A stretch of DNA of 64,000 nucleotides from Squalus acanthias (taxonomy: Eukaryota): the NCBI GenBank assembly GCA_030390025.1, contig CM059432.1, positions 122,638,001 through 122,702,000 on the forward strand, given 5' to 3'. A program made the translations under genes and the position numbers. The first letter of the stretch is position 1. The number at the start of each line of letters is the position of its first letter. The notes beneath the pieces were generated by a model that did not search any database, had not been told where the DNA came from, and saw only the letters and a program-made list of their open reading frames with translations. Shown one piece after another: positions 52,672 to 61,789 of this stretch.

Positions 52672-55600
52672 CTAAATTCTGCGAAGGCTGCCACGAGCTT
52701 TTCCCAGTGGCGGGAGGGCACTGACCCCTTCCTTTGATCTGCCGCAGCCTGTCGCTGCTGCGCTGGGACTGGGATCTCCCTGGGCTGCCTTGACCTTGAA
52801 CTTACGCCTGGGGGCGTACGGGGGACTTGACCACGGCTTCCTGGGCTGAGGTGTCCGACTTGACCTACGGAGGGCTACATTGGGCAAGATTTCCAGGGCC
52901 GACGGACCAGGAACCAAGAATTCCACCGTCACGGCCTGTGGTCCCACCACAGCCGCTGGCTCCGTCTCCCCTGGCTCCGCCCCCCTGAACTCAGGATTTG
53001 CAGTTTCTGATTCCACCCTGTGTGGATCTCCACTCGCAGCCCCTATCTCCCCTGAGCTTGAGTCGAAGACGAAACTTTCGTTCTCCGACCCCAGCACCTC
53101 TCCGATCGGGTCACTACCTTGGTCGAGCTCCTCGAGCTCTTCCTCATCTGAATCCCAACACCAAGAAAAGATCCTACACTTTTCTAGAATGTCCTCTCCC
53201 CTCAAGCAGGCTGCTTTACCGGTCTGTGTGCCCTGCGGTCCTACCCGGGGCTGCGAGTCCCCACTCGCAGTTTTGGCCCCTGTGGTTGGCCCCTGTGCAC
53301 ACGGCTTATACAGCTTGCACTGGTTAATGTGGAACCATTTCGTGCGCCGAGGTACCTTTACGGCGTACACCATGGGACTTGCTTTATCTACAATACTGTA
53401 GGGTCCCATATACAGTGGTTCCAAACTCCCTACTCTGGCATAGTTCCTAACCATGACCTGATCTCCGACTTCCCACTCCTGCTTCTTGCGGGGTTCCAGC
53501 AACAGGCGATTGCCCTGATGCTGTTTTCCCATGTTCCCAGCTGCCTGCTTGTAAACCTGCTTCAGGCGCTCCAAGAGGGTCTGGACAAACTTGTCCCGTT
53601 TCACCTCTTCGAGCTGACCCTCAGTGAGCACCGGGGCTAGTACATGGGTGGGGGTTCGCATGATCCTCCCAGTCATCACCTCGTACGGGGAATACCCCGT
53701 ACTTTTCGACTGACTGGCCCGGATCCCCATGAGGACTAGAGGCAGAACCTCCGCCCATTTTTGGGGCGAGTTCATAGTCTCTTTCCTCAGCTTCTCCTTC
53801 AGGGTCCGGTTCATGCGTTCAACAATCCCTGATGACTGGGGATTGTGCGCTACGTGCCACTTCCCTTCAATGCCCAAAAGCATGAGGGTGTTCTGCGTCA
53901 CCTGGCCGGTGAAATTACTCCCTTGGTCTGACTCCACGAAACGGGGGAGTCCCCACCGCGAGAACACTTCCCGGACCAAGATCTTGGCAGTACCCAGCGC
54001 CGTAGCTGTTCTACAGGGGAACGCTTCTACCCATTTGGAAAACACATCCACCAAGACGAGGCAGTATTTGTAGCCTCCCTGGATGGTGGGCAGGGGCCCT
54101 ATGTAATCGATCTGTATCGACTGCCATGGTCCCTCCACCCTCCTGATGTGCCCCATGTGCACTTTCCTTTTCTGGGGGTCTGGGTTGTTTGCAGCGCACA
54201 CAAGACAGTTTGCACAGAACTCGCGGACCTGCTCCCTGAGTCCCGGCCACCATCCCGCCTGCTCTACCCGTTGCCAGGTAACCTCGGGCCCGGGGTGTCC
54301 TGCCCCCGGCCCCTCATGAGCCAACTGGAGGAATTCCCTCCTGTGCTGCTGCGGCACAACCCACTGTTCCTCGCGGAACAGCATGCCTTCTTTTACGGAG
54401 AGGGTTGCCGTACTGTACGGGCCCTCTACCTGCTTGCCCTCAGTAATCGTTCTGAGAACTGCTTTTAGGGCGGGATCCTGGTTCTGGACGGTCTTTAGGT
54501 CTAGGGGCAGTGCTACCCTGGTGTTCCCGGGATTCCCTTCCCTGCCTTGGATCGCTGCCACGGGTCCGGGTCCATAGGGGTCCCAGAAAATGCCGTTACA
54601 GGCACCCTCCCTGGCTAGTGCATCCGCCTGCTGGTTGCCCTCCCCGTGGGGTTCTGTGGAGGAGTGAGCTTTCACCTTATGGATGAAAATCTCCCCTTCC
54701 TCCCCTACTGCTGCTAGGATCTTTTCCAGCAAGGGCTTCACCGTTAAAGGTCGCACGTCCGCGGAGGTGTGTCCACGGCGGGACCAAATGGCCAGGTATT
54801 CCGTATATGAATTGCACGTAAACATACTGTCCGAACAAATCGTGTATGGGGTTGGGAAAATTTCTGGGTGGATAACGACGTACGCCACCGCAGACAGCTC
54901 AGCCTGCTGCGCACTCATGGTGCTGGGGAGTTTAATCGCCAGGGCAAGGTTTGCCGCAGGGTCATAAACTCCACACCCTGTGAGTCGTTCGCCAGCGGAC
55001 ACTGTGCTGGAACCATCAACATAAATCTCACGACCTGTGGGATGTATCCCGGCCCGCAAACCTATGTTGACCTCCCACACCCCTTCCACCGAACACCGGT
55101 GGGCTGTTTCGGGGTATACCAGGTTGGCCGCAAGCCTGGGCTCGCAAAGACCTTTAACTCTAAGATCCATCTGGGAAAGGAGAAGGGTCCAGCGCGCAAT
55201 ACGAGCGCTGCTTACGGTCCCATCCTTAATCCTCCCATCTAGAAGCATCTTAGTTGGCGTGTGATGGGTGAGGAGAGTGATGGGAGAGAGCCCTGTGAAG
55301 ATCGCTGATCTTTTCACAGCCCAATGTGTGGCTAAAAGATGCCTTTCGCAATTGGAGAAACTCCTCTCCACATCCGTTAACACCCTGGTCGAATAGACAA
55401 CCGGCCTTAGCTTGCCATGACGCTCTTGGAGCAGCACAGCGCTCAAGCTGTCTCCGCTGGCAGCTACCTCCAGGAAAAAATCCTTCCCCCCATCTATGGC
55501 CCCTAAACCTGGCGCGGTCTGCAAATCCCTTTTTAACTTCTCGAATGCTGCCTGGCAACCCGCGTCCCAAGACCACTCCACTCCCTTATGGAGGAGTCGG

Positions 55601-56976
55601 AGCAGCGGAGCTGCTGTGGCCGCATAGTCCTCGATGAAGTCTCTACAGTAACCGGTCAGTCCCAGAAAGGACCTCACACCCGTTATGGTGTTGGGAATCG
55701 GTAACTCCTGCACCGACTCCCTCCTAGCCTTATCTATGGCTCTTTCCCCAGCGCGAATGGTCAGACCCAGGAATTTTACTTCCTGCTGACCGATCCGTGC
55801 TTTCTTAGGGTTCACTTTAAAACCCTTTCTCGCTAGCAGCTCCAATAACTCGGCTAGCAGTGGTCCATGCTCCTCCCTTGAGTCCGTGAACAGGAGCAAA
55901 TCATCCACGTACTGCACTATCTGATTGGGCTGACTAAACTCCTTTAAACTTCCTGCCATACACTGATGGAAAATACTGGGGCTGTTGTGGAAACCCTGTG
56001 GCAAACAGTTCCATGTGTACTGTTGTCCTTTGAAAGTAAAGGCAAACTTGTACTGGTCCTCTCGCCGCAGCGGGATGGACCAAAAACCGTTCGAGATATC
56101 CAGCACCGTGAACGTGGTCGCGGACGCTGGGATACTCCCTATTAGGTCAGCAACTGCTGCTACTGTGGGCGCGCCGGCGGGGATGTTACTGTTAAGGACT
56201 CTGTAGTCCACCGTGGCCCTCCACGAATTATCCGGCTTCCTCACCGGCCATAATGGGGAGTTCACGTGTGTGGCTATCGGCCACAACACGCCCTGCTGCA
56301 CCAAGGAGGACATTGCTGTCTCCATATCGGGTTCTGCTTCTTTGGGGAAGTTATACTGCTTTTGGGGCCGGGTCATGGGGTCCCCGTCTACACTGACCTC
56401 AAACCCGGTAACCCTCCCACAATCGTGCTTGTGGGTTGCAAACGCGTGCATATTATCTGACACGTACGCTTGCATGTCCGTTGGGACATCCGCGACCATA
56501 AGCCCGAGGTCGCAACCTCCGGATAGCTTCATGGTACACAGGGCCCCTTTACCTTCCTTCCCCGGGATTACAGCTACCTTGCCTTTCCCAACCTTGGCTC
56601 CCCAGAGACAGTGATTCCTAAGGTCCACGAGGATCCCGTGTTCCGATAGGTGATCCGATCCGAGGATACCTCTGCCACCCCCCTCTTGCCATTTCATCAG
56701 TATGCACTTCCATGTGGTGTGGAGTGCTCCTAAATGAATGGAGAGCGGAATGGAGAACGCGCCAGCCTGCTCTTTTCCCGTGAACCCCGCTAATGTGTAT
56801 GGGACCTTGGTAGACAGCGGTGAGTCAAAGGGGCTATCCGTATGAATCACGATGCATGAAGCTCCCGTGTCCAACAAATAACTACCCTTCTGTTTCTCTA
56901 CTTCCATCTCAACCAGGGGTCTTTTCCACGCATCATAGCTGAGCGGACACAGGTAAACGGGCTGCACGGGCTCTAG
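52672..56976 (-). CDS. pol: Pol: protease, RT, degenerate RNase H (tether), RNase H, integrase and C-terminal extension; uninterrupted
   Basis: LLDTGAS; LDISNGFW; LPQGF; YVDD (55900-55911); FFLEVAAS...RPVVYSTR; IYVDGSS...SAQQAEL...SDS...KVKAH...GNQQADALA; H-x6-H...CLVC; QIDY/SDQG/VERMN; GPY. Confidence 0.97.
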   Translation of the reverse strand, partial: LEPVQPVYLCPLSYDAWKRPLVEMEVEKQKGSYLLDTGASCIVIHTDSPFDSPLSTKVPYTLAGFTGKEQAGAFSIPLSIHLGALHTTWKCILMKWQEGGGRGILGSDHLSEHGILVDLRNHCLWGAKVGKGKVAVIPGKEGKGALCTMKLSGGCDLGLMVADVPTDMQAYVSDNMHAFATHKHDCGRVTGFEVSVDGDPMTRPQKQYNFPKEAEPDMETAMSSLVQQGVLWPIATHVNSPLWPVRKPDNSWRATVDYRVLNSNIPAGAPTVAAVADLIGSIPASATTFTVLDISNGFWSIPLRREDQYKFAFTFKGQQYTWNCLPQGFHNSPSIFHQCMAGSLKEFSQPNQIVQYVDDLLLFTDSREEHGPLLAELLELLARKGFKVNPKKARIGQQEVKFLGLTIRAGERAIDKARRESVQELPIPNTITGVRSFLGLTGYCRDFIEDYAATAAPLLRLLHKGVEWSWDAGCQAAFEKLKRDLQTAPGLGAIDGGKDFFLEVAASGDSLSAVLLQERHGKLRPVVYSTRVLTDVERSFSNCERHLLATHWAVKRSAIFTGLSPITLLTHHTPTKMLLDGRIKDGTVSSARIARWTLLLSQMDLRVKGLCEPRLAANLVYPETAHRCSVEGVWEVNIGLRAGIHPTGREIYVDGSSTVSAGERLTGCGVYDPAANLALAIKLPSTMSAQQAELSAVAYVVIHPEIFPTPYTICSDSMFTCNSYTEYLAIWSRRGHTSADVRPLTVKPLLEKILAAVGEEGEIFIHKVKAHSSTEPHGEGNQQADALAREGACNGIFWDPYGPGPVAAIQGREGNPGNTRVALPLDLKTVQNQDPALKAVLRTITEGKQVEGPYSTATLSVKEGMLFREEQWVVPQQHRREFLQLAHEGPGAGHPGPEVTWQRVEQAGWWPGLREQVREFCANCLVCAANNPDPQKRKVHMGHIRRVEGPWQSIQIDYIGPLPTIQGGYKYCLVLVDVFSKWVEAFPCRTATALGTAKILVREVFSRWGLPRFVESDQGSNFTGQVTQNTLMLLGIEGKWHVAHNPQSSGIVERMNRTLKEKLRKETMNSPQKWAEVLPLVLMGIRASQSKSTGYSPYEVMTGRIMRTPTHVLAPVLTEGQLEEVKRDKFVQTLLERLKQVYKQAAGNMGKQHQGNRLLLEPRKKQEWEVGDQVMVRNYARVGSLEPLYMGPYSIVDKASPMVYAVKVPRRTKWFHINQCKLYKPCAQGPTTGAKTASGDSQPRVGPQGTQTGKAACLRGEDILEKCRIFSWCWDSDEEELEELDQGSDPIGEVLGSENESFVFDSSSGEIGAASGDPHRVESETANPEFRGAEPGETEPAAVVGPQAVTVEFLVPGPSALEILPNVALRRSSRTPQPRKPWSSPPYAPRRKFKVKAAQGDPSPSAAATGCGRSKEGVSALPPLGKARGSLRRI

Positions 56977-58785
56977 TCATTGGGTACCGGTGGACGGGGT
57001 TGCGGCATCTGTGAGGCCGGTAGCGACTGCCACCCTTCCTTGCGAAATCATAAGGGACCGCATAGCTCCCAACATTGATTGTATCGCATCAGGATGGATA
57101 GGCACACCAGCTCCTCTCTCAGAGACAGGCGCTTGAGTTCGGGCTGCGGGATTTTTATCCCTGGAGTCCTTCCAGGGGTTCCTACAGTTCTTACGCCAGT
57201 GACCTGTCTTCCCGCACCCGTAACAAGCACCACTGGCTTGTGGGGCGCGGTTTCCCTCCTGATGCCACTCCTTTTGAGCCAGGGCTGCGGGCCGTGCCTC
57301 ATGCACCTTTCCCTTAAGGGGACGCGCTCCCGTGCTCCTAGTGTTCCGATACCCTATCGTGAGTCGATTTAGGACCGACTCCTCTGTTGTGGCGGGGTTA
57401 GTGGGATCAAACCACGCTTTGGCCTGCTCCCTGACGGCTGGCAAACTGTTGGCTACTAAACACCTGAGCCAATGAGTTAAACCGGCACTGTTCAGGTAGT
57501 GGCGCGCTGGCGCACCTGGGCAGCTATGCTGGTATACTGGCCACAGCCTGTCGGCGAAAACCTTCGGGGGTTCTCCCTCCATCTGCAGGGTTTGACTCAA
57601 TCTGACGAACGGACTTTCGTCATCCGCCCCTAACACTTCTAGGACCTCGTTCCTTAACTCCTCAAATGTTTTATTTCCCTTCTTGCTCTCGTCTGAGAGA
57701 CACTGAAGGATCGAGCTATCTAACGAGAACAGCAACATTTTGGTCTTTTCCACATCGTCGCACCCATTAATTGCTGCGGTCTGTTCTACCTCCCTAAAGT
57801 GTACGGAAGGGTCATCTGATTCGGACAGCTTCCGTACATGTGTAATCATTGCTCTCAGCTGGTGTGAGCTGTGGGGCAATACCAGCTGGTTCAGGACATC
57901 CCCGTCATCCCCATTGGCTGCGTTCGGGCCTCTCTTGTGACCTCGGAGCGGACACAACGGTCCCGGGCTCGACTCTACCTCCGGGGATTGTCCTACCTCG
58001 GGGACCTCCTTCTCTATTTCCACCACTTCCTCCCTTACCCAGGTTGCCGAATAGCTGGGTGGCGCGGAGGGCGCAGTGGCAAATACCTCCTCTGCTTTGT
58101 CTGGTAGGGATTTTGGGAATTCCCCACCCACCTGTGGCTGGTTTGCTGACGGACTGATGAGGCACACCAAGCCGTTTGCCTTATTCAGGGCATATCTTAT
58201 GCTCCCTATCTCCTTCTGGCAAACACTGTGGTCGGCTCCCTCATGCCTATCCTCGAGGGCCATCTTATATGCCGCCCTAACTCCCTGGGCTTTTATCTGG
58301 TTAGCTAGGCGGGCACACCGTTCTCTAATCCTACCCTCGTTTAACTTTGCTTCCGTGACCTGACATTCTAGGTAATCAATTTTAGCCTCATGGTGGTTGG
58401 CTACTATCTGGCGTTCCTGATGTAACGCATTCAAGGATGCAATGAGTTTTTGTCCTCCCGTGACCTTTTCCTCCATCTCAACTTCCAATTCCCTGATCTG
58501 AGCTGCTTGTGCTACAATGACCTGGTCCGAAAGTTGGACTTGCTTCTTGTAGCACATCAGCCAGACCGCTTTCTCTACCGCATTCTTATGCTCTTTACTG
58601 CCTGTCCATTTGATGGCTGCGTCTAGCGGACGCTTATCCATCAGTAGGTCACTTATCCAACTTTTGGTTAAGTTAACCTTCCCAAACACATAGTCGGCTA
58701 CCCTCTCATCCATCACATTTCGCCTATTCACACCAGGGTCTAAAACATTACTCTCTCGCTGCCAGAGTCCTGCCGCGGTCACCAT
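56977..58785 (-). CDS. gag: Gag (602 aa): coiled-coil N-terminal part, late domain, capsid-like region, CCHC zinc knuckle
   Basis: Lies between the PBS and pol; CYGCGKTGHWRKNC (57184-57225); PSAPPSY (58051-58071). Confidence 0.93.
   Translation of the reverse strand: MVTAAGLWQRESNVLDPGVNRRNVMDERVADYVFGKVNLTKSWISDLLMDKRPLDAAIKWTGSKEHKNAVEKAVWLMCYKKQVQLSDQVIVAQAAQIRELEVEMEEKVTGGQKLIASLNALHQERQIVANHHEAKIDYLECQVTEAKLNEGRIRERCARLANQIKAQGVRAAYKMALEDRHEGADHSVCQKEIGSIRYALNKANGLVCLISPSANQPQVGGEFPKSLPDKAEEVFATAPSAPPSYSATWVREEVVEIEKEVPEVGQSPEVESSPGPLCPLRGHKRGPNAANGDDGDVLNQLVLPHSSHQLRAMITHVRKLSESDDPSVHFREVEQTAAINGCDDVEKTKMLLFSLDSSILQCLSDESKKGNKTFEELRNEVLEVLGADDESPFVRLSQTLQMEGEPPKVFADRLWPVYQHSCPGAPARHYLNSAGLTHWLRCLVANSLPAVREQAKAWFDPTNPATTEESVLNRLTIGYRNTRSTGARPLKGKVHEARPAALAQKEWHQEGNRAPQASGACYGCGKTGHWRKNCRNPWKDSRDKNPAARTQAPVSERGAGVPIHPDAIQSMLGAMRSLMISQGRVAVATGLTDAATPSTGTQ
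58765..58784 (-). promoter_or_regulatory. Primer binding site, probably tRNA-Arg(UCG)
   Basis: TGGTGACCGCGGCAGGACTC lies 5 nt after the 5' LTR. The + strand GAGTCCTGCCGCGGTCACCA differs at one position from the vertebrate tRNA-Arg-TCG 3' end as recalled (GAGTCCTGCCGCGGTCGCCA). Confidence 0.85.
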
Positions 58786-58789
58786 TTTC

Positions 58790-60473
58790 TGTAAGGGGTT
58801 CTGTGTCGTGCTTGTATCGCAGACGGTGCTGGTGCGGGGTTAGGCCTTTGTTGCCCAATACTATTGCTTGCTCTGGTCTCCGGCCAGCCTTGTTGCAATA
58901 AGCACCTGTGAGTGGTTCGACCCACTCGCCCTTACGGTTCTAACACTGCACTTAGGTGCGAGAGCAGTAATGCAGAGAAAAACTCAAACAGACCCGGTTG
59001 AATAGTACGAAATGGAAATCTTTATTGCATCGCATCCAAGATCATGAAGTACATGTCATAGGCACAAATTAACGATAGTACAAGTATACATACATTCATA
59101 AAGCTTGGTCTATGGTAATGAAGAACGCACGGCACATCGTAAAAAGGGGAACACATTATACTTTATCCTTAATAAAACCACCCTCCCCTATCAATACCTA
59201 CACTACATCTAGATTTGTAGGATCGGGAAACATGCTCACCACTCGTGATACTTCGGAGAATTTTAAAGTGAGGCGCTCGGCTCGTTTCGCTGCAGCGCCT
59301 GACTGTCACGTGTTTTGAGGGGTCTCTGTACCCCACTTGTTTACTTTCGCTGCTGCTGCAAGCAGGCTGGGCTCCCCGTTGTCATGAAGAACTCGACAGT
59401 GCTCGGGCCCGGTTCGAAGAAGAGTCTTCCTGTGTCCGACACCGGTTGCCGGTAGAATTCAAAGAAGAGTCTTTGACCAGTTCGTGCAGTAACCTGTAGA
59501 GTTCATATAAATTCGGCGCGGTCGGGGTTTACTGACCGCGGCGGCACGTGGATTCTTCTTCTTCTCTTCTCATCTCGTCTCGTCTATTCGGGCCTTCGGG
59601 TCCAGAACACCGTTTACCGACACTCGGGATGGTGCACCCGGTTACCGGCCTTCGTCGAGGCGGCTCGTTCCGTTTGAGCTCCACCCAACATTCGTCGACA
59701 AAGTCCAGAGAAAACACAGAAGGCTGCTCGTCCAGCAGAGCGATACCCGAGGATAAGGATAGGAGAGATAAGAGTTCAGCCCGAGTCAAGAGTCCGCAGA
59801 GATAAGAGTCGGTTCAAGCGAATAAGCCCAATAAGAGCCAGCCGAGAGAATAAGAGGCCGATGGACGTTTGTTCACTATAGTTATAGTGCTGTGTTCCCT
59901 TATCTCCCGCTCAAATCTTAATGTTTGTCCTTTGTGTAATACTGGTGCACAAAACTCCCAGCATGGGGCGATTCTTTCCTTTAACGGGTTTCGGTAGCAC
60001 CTGAGACTGGCCAACTACCCGTTAATATTTTCCCCATTGTTGAACCGGCTCGGAGCCTCCCTGGCTGGGTTTTGGGGGCCTCCGAATACTTGTTTAATCA
60101 CCCGAGAATGGCTCTCTCATTGTAGAGCCGTGGGGGTATTTGCGTATTGATGTGTCTGGATGGGCCTTCGATTGCCCAGTACAATGGTCCTTACTTGTGC
60201 ATGGAAAACGATTCCAGCACTCATATCTTTTGCTATTGTCACAAATGCAAACAGGTTGCATCCTGTCTTTATCAGTGCTTATCGAAAATGTTTATTCGAA
60301 CGCCATCTTGTCTGCCAACTGTACTTCTGGAAACTTCTGCCACGATGCGCGGCGGCCATTTTACAGGCTTCTGTGTCCTGTTTAATCATGACAGCATTTC
60401 GTTTAAATAAACTGATCAAACGAATCTGCTTCTATCTCGTTATTTCGAATCGCGATAATTGTGAAACTTTACA
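58790..60473 (-). repeat. 5' LTR (1684 bp)
   Basis: Direct repeat of 47973-49661, differing by about 6 substitutions and one 5-bp indel by eye. Confidence 0.97.
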
Positions 60474-60512
60474 TCACTCTTGAATTCTGCCGCCACTCTC
60501 GTTGCTGCTGCT

Positions 60513-60680
60513 GCTCATTATTACATTCCTGTTTGTAGGAGCTTGCTGTGCCCAGATTATCTGCCGTGTTTCCCTACATTACAACCGAAAGTACATTTCA
60601 AAAATATTTCATTGGCTGTTTGATGCTTTGGGACAGCCTAAGATTGTGAAAGGCGCTATATAAATGCAAGTTCTTTCTTT
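60513..60680 (+). mobile_element. Deu-domain SINE, right piece with 3' tail
   Basis: cttgctgtg...ctgccgtgtttccctacattacaac...ttcattggctgt...gctttggga...gtgaaaggcgctatataaatgcaagt. Confidence 0.8.
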
Positions 60681-61789
60681 CTTCTCTGTTTTAATCTTTT
60701 TTACTCTCACTAGGGTTACCGGTCTTTATCTGTCTCTGAGCTTACTGATCCCTTGGTTTATCTCTCTCCTCTGCTAGTTGTCCATTTTGACATCTCATTA
60801 CACCTAGACTGACAGAACAAAAACTGAATGTTTCTGCTGTACTTGGAGCCCGTGCAGCAGTTCAAGATGGCAGCCCATCTCTACCTTTTTCGTGTAACTA
60901 GAGATTGGTAATAAATATGGAATTGTCAGCGTCAGCGATATCCAGTGCAGTTGTTTTTGAACTGAATCTTCTATCTGTTTTTCGTAACCGTCTCCTGCTA
61001 ACTTGTGCTTTGTGTTTCACCAGCTGTGGGCCCCTCCAACTCTCTCTCTATGCCACCCGGGGTGTCAATCTCGGCGCCAGTGCTTGGGAGGAATAGTGCA
61101 TGTGGCATTGCTTCCTCAGGAGCGGTATCCTCCTTCCAGTGCCTTTTTCAGGACATCCTTGCTGCTGAGAAGGACCTAGAGGATAGGGACAAGAGTTAGG
61201 ATAGCAAAGGAGAGGTTGGACAGTAGCACATGAAAGGCTGAACCATGCTGGTTGAGGTTTTGCAGTTGGCTGAAGGTGCAATTGCTTGTGGTGCTTGTAA
61301 TAAGCAGTCACCCTGCTCAGGGAAACCACCAGCCTCTTCATCTCCGACGCTGCTAGCTCTTGCTGTCTCACTGATTTTCAGTTGCGTGAGGGCCATGATG
61401 TGTATTATTCCTACCCCATCTTATTTCTTTCCCTTCTGATCTATGCTGCCTTCCCCTGCAGAAGGAGGAGGAGAGAATTATGTATGGCTACTGTGAAGGC
61501 ACGTGGACATGTGAGGGGCTTCTGCACGTCATGCATAAGCTGAGAGCGAGAAGAACCAAGATGCTAGGAGATCAGAGAGCTGTTGAACGGGAAGTAAGTG
61601 GCTTGAGTGTGAATTGAGTAAGGAGTCATGTAGGGGTTGCAGGTTCGGCAATTGACACCACAAGAGAAGAGCAGGCCAATCGTGGACGGAGTGAAGGCAG
61701 CAAGCAGCAGGTGAGTGTGTTAGGAGTGGGATTGAGAGGTGGTATAGTGAGCTCTTGTGATTAGTAGTGAAGGATGTGATGCAGGGGTG

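Larger units (their letters stand above)
47973..60473 (-). mobile_element. Near-intact endogenous retrovirus-like provirus LTR-gag-pol-env-LTR (lokiretrovirus-like)
   Basis: Two near-identical TG...CA LTRs, TSD TCAC (47969-47972 and 60474-60477), PBS, PPT and three long ORFs. Confidence 0.96.
42177..60512 (-). mobile_element. Full-length CR1 LINE, interrupted by a solo LTR and a provirus
   Basis: 3' tail (catagagt)n near 42175; ORF2 with APE endonuclease and RT; ORF1 with esterase; 5' UTR remnant at 60478-60512; TSD GCTCAT at 42171-42176 and 60513-60518. Confidence 0.88.

Noticed and set aside
58767..58784. PBS as tRNA-Trp or tRNA-Ser
   Set aside because: Only about 12-13 of 18 positions match, against 17 of 18 for tRNA-Arg(UCG) as recalled.
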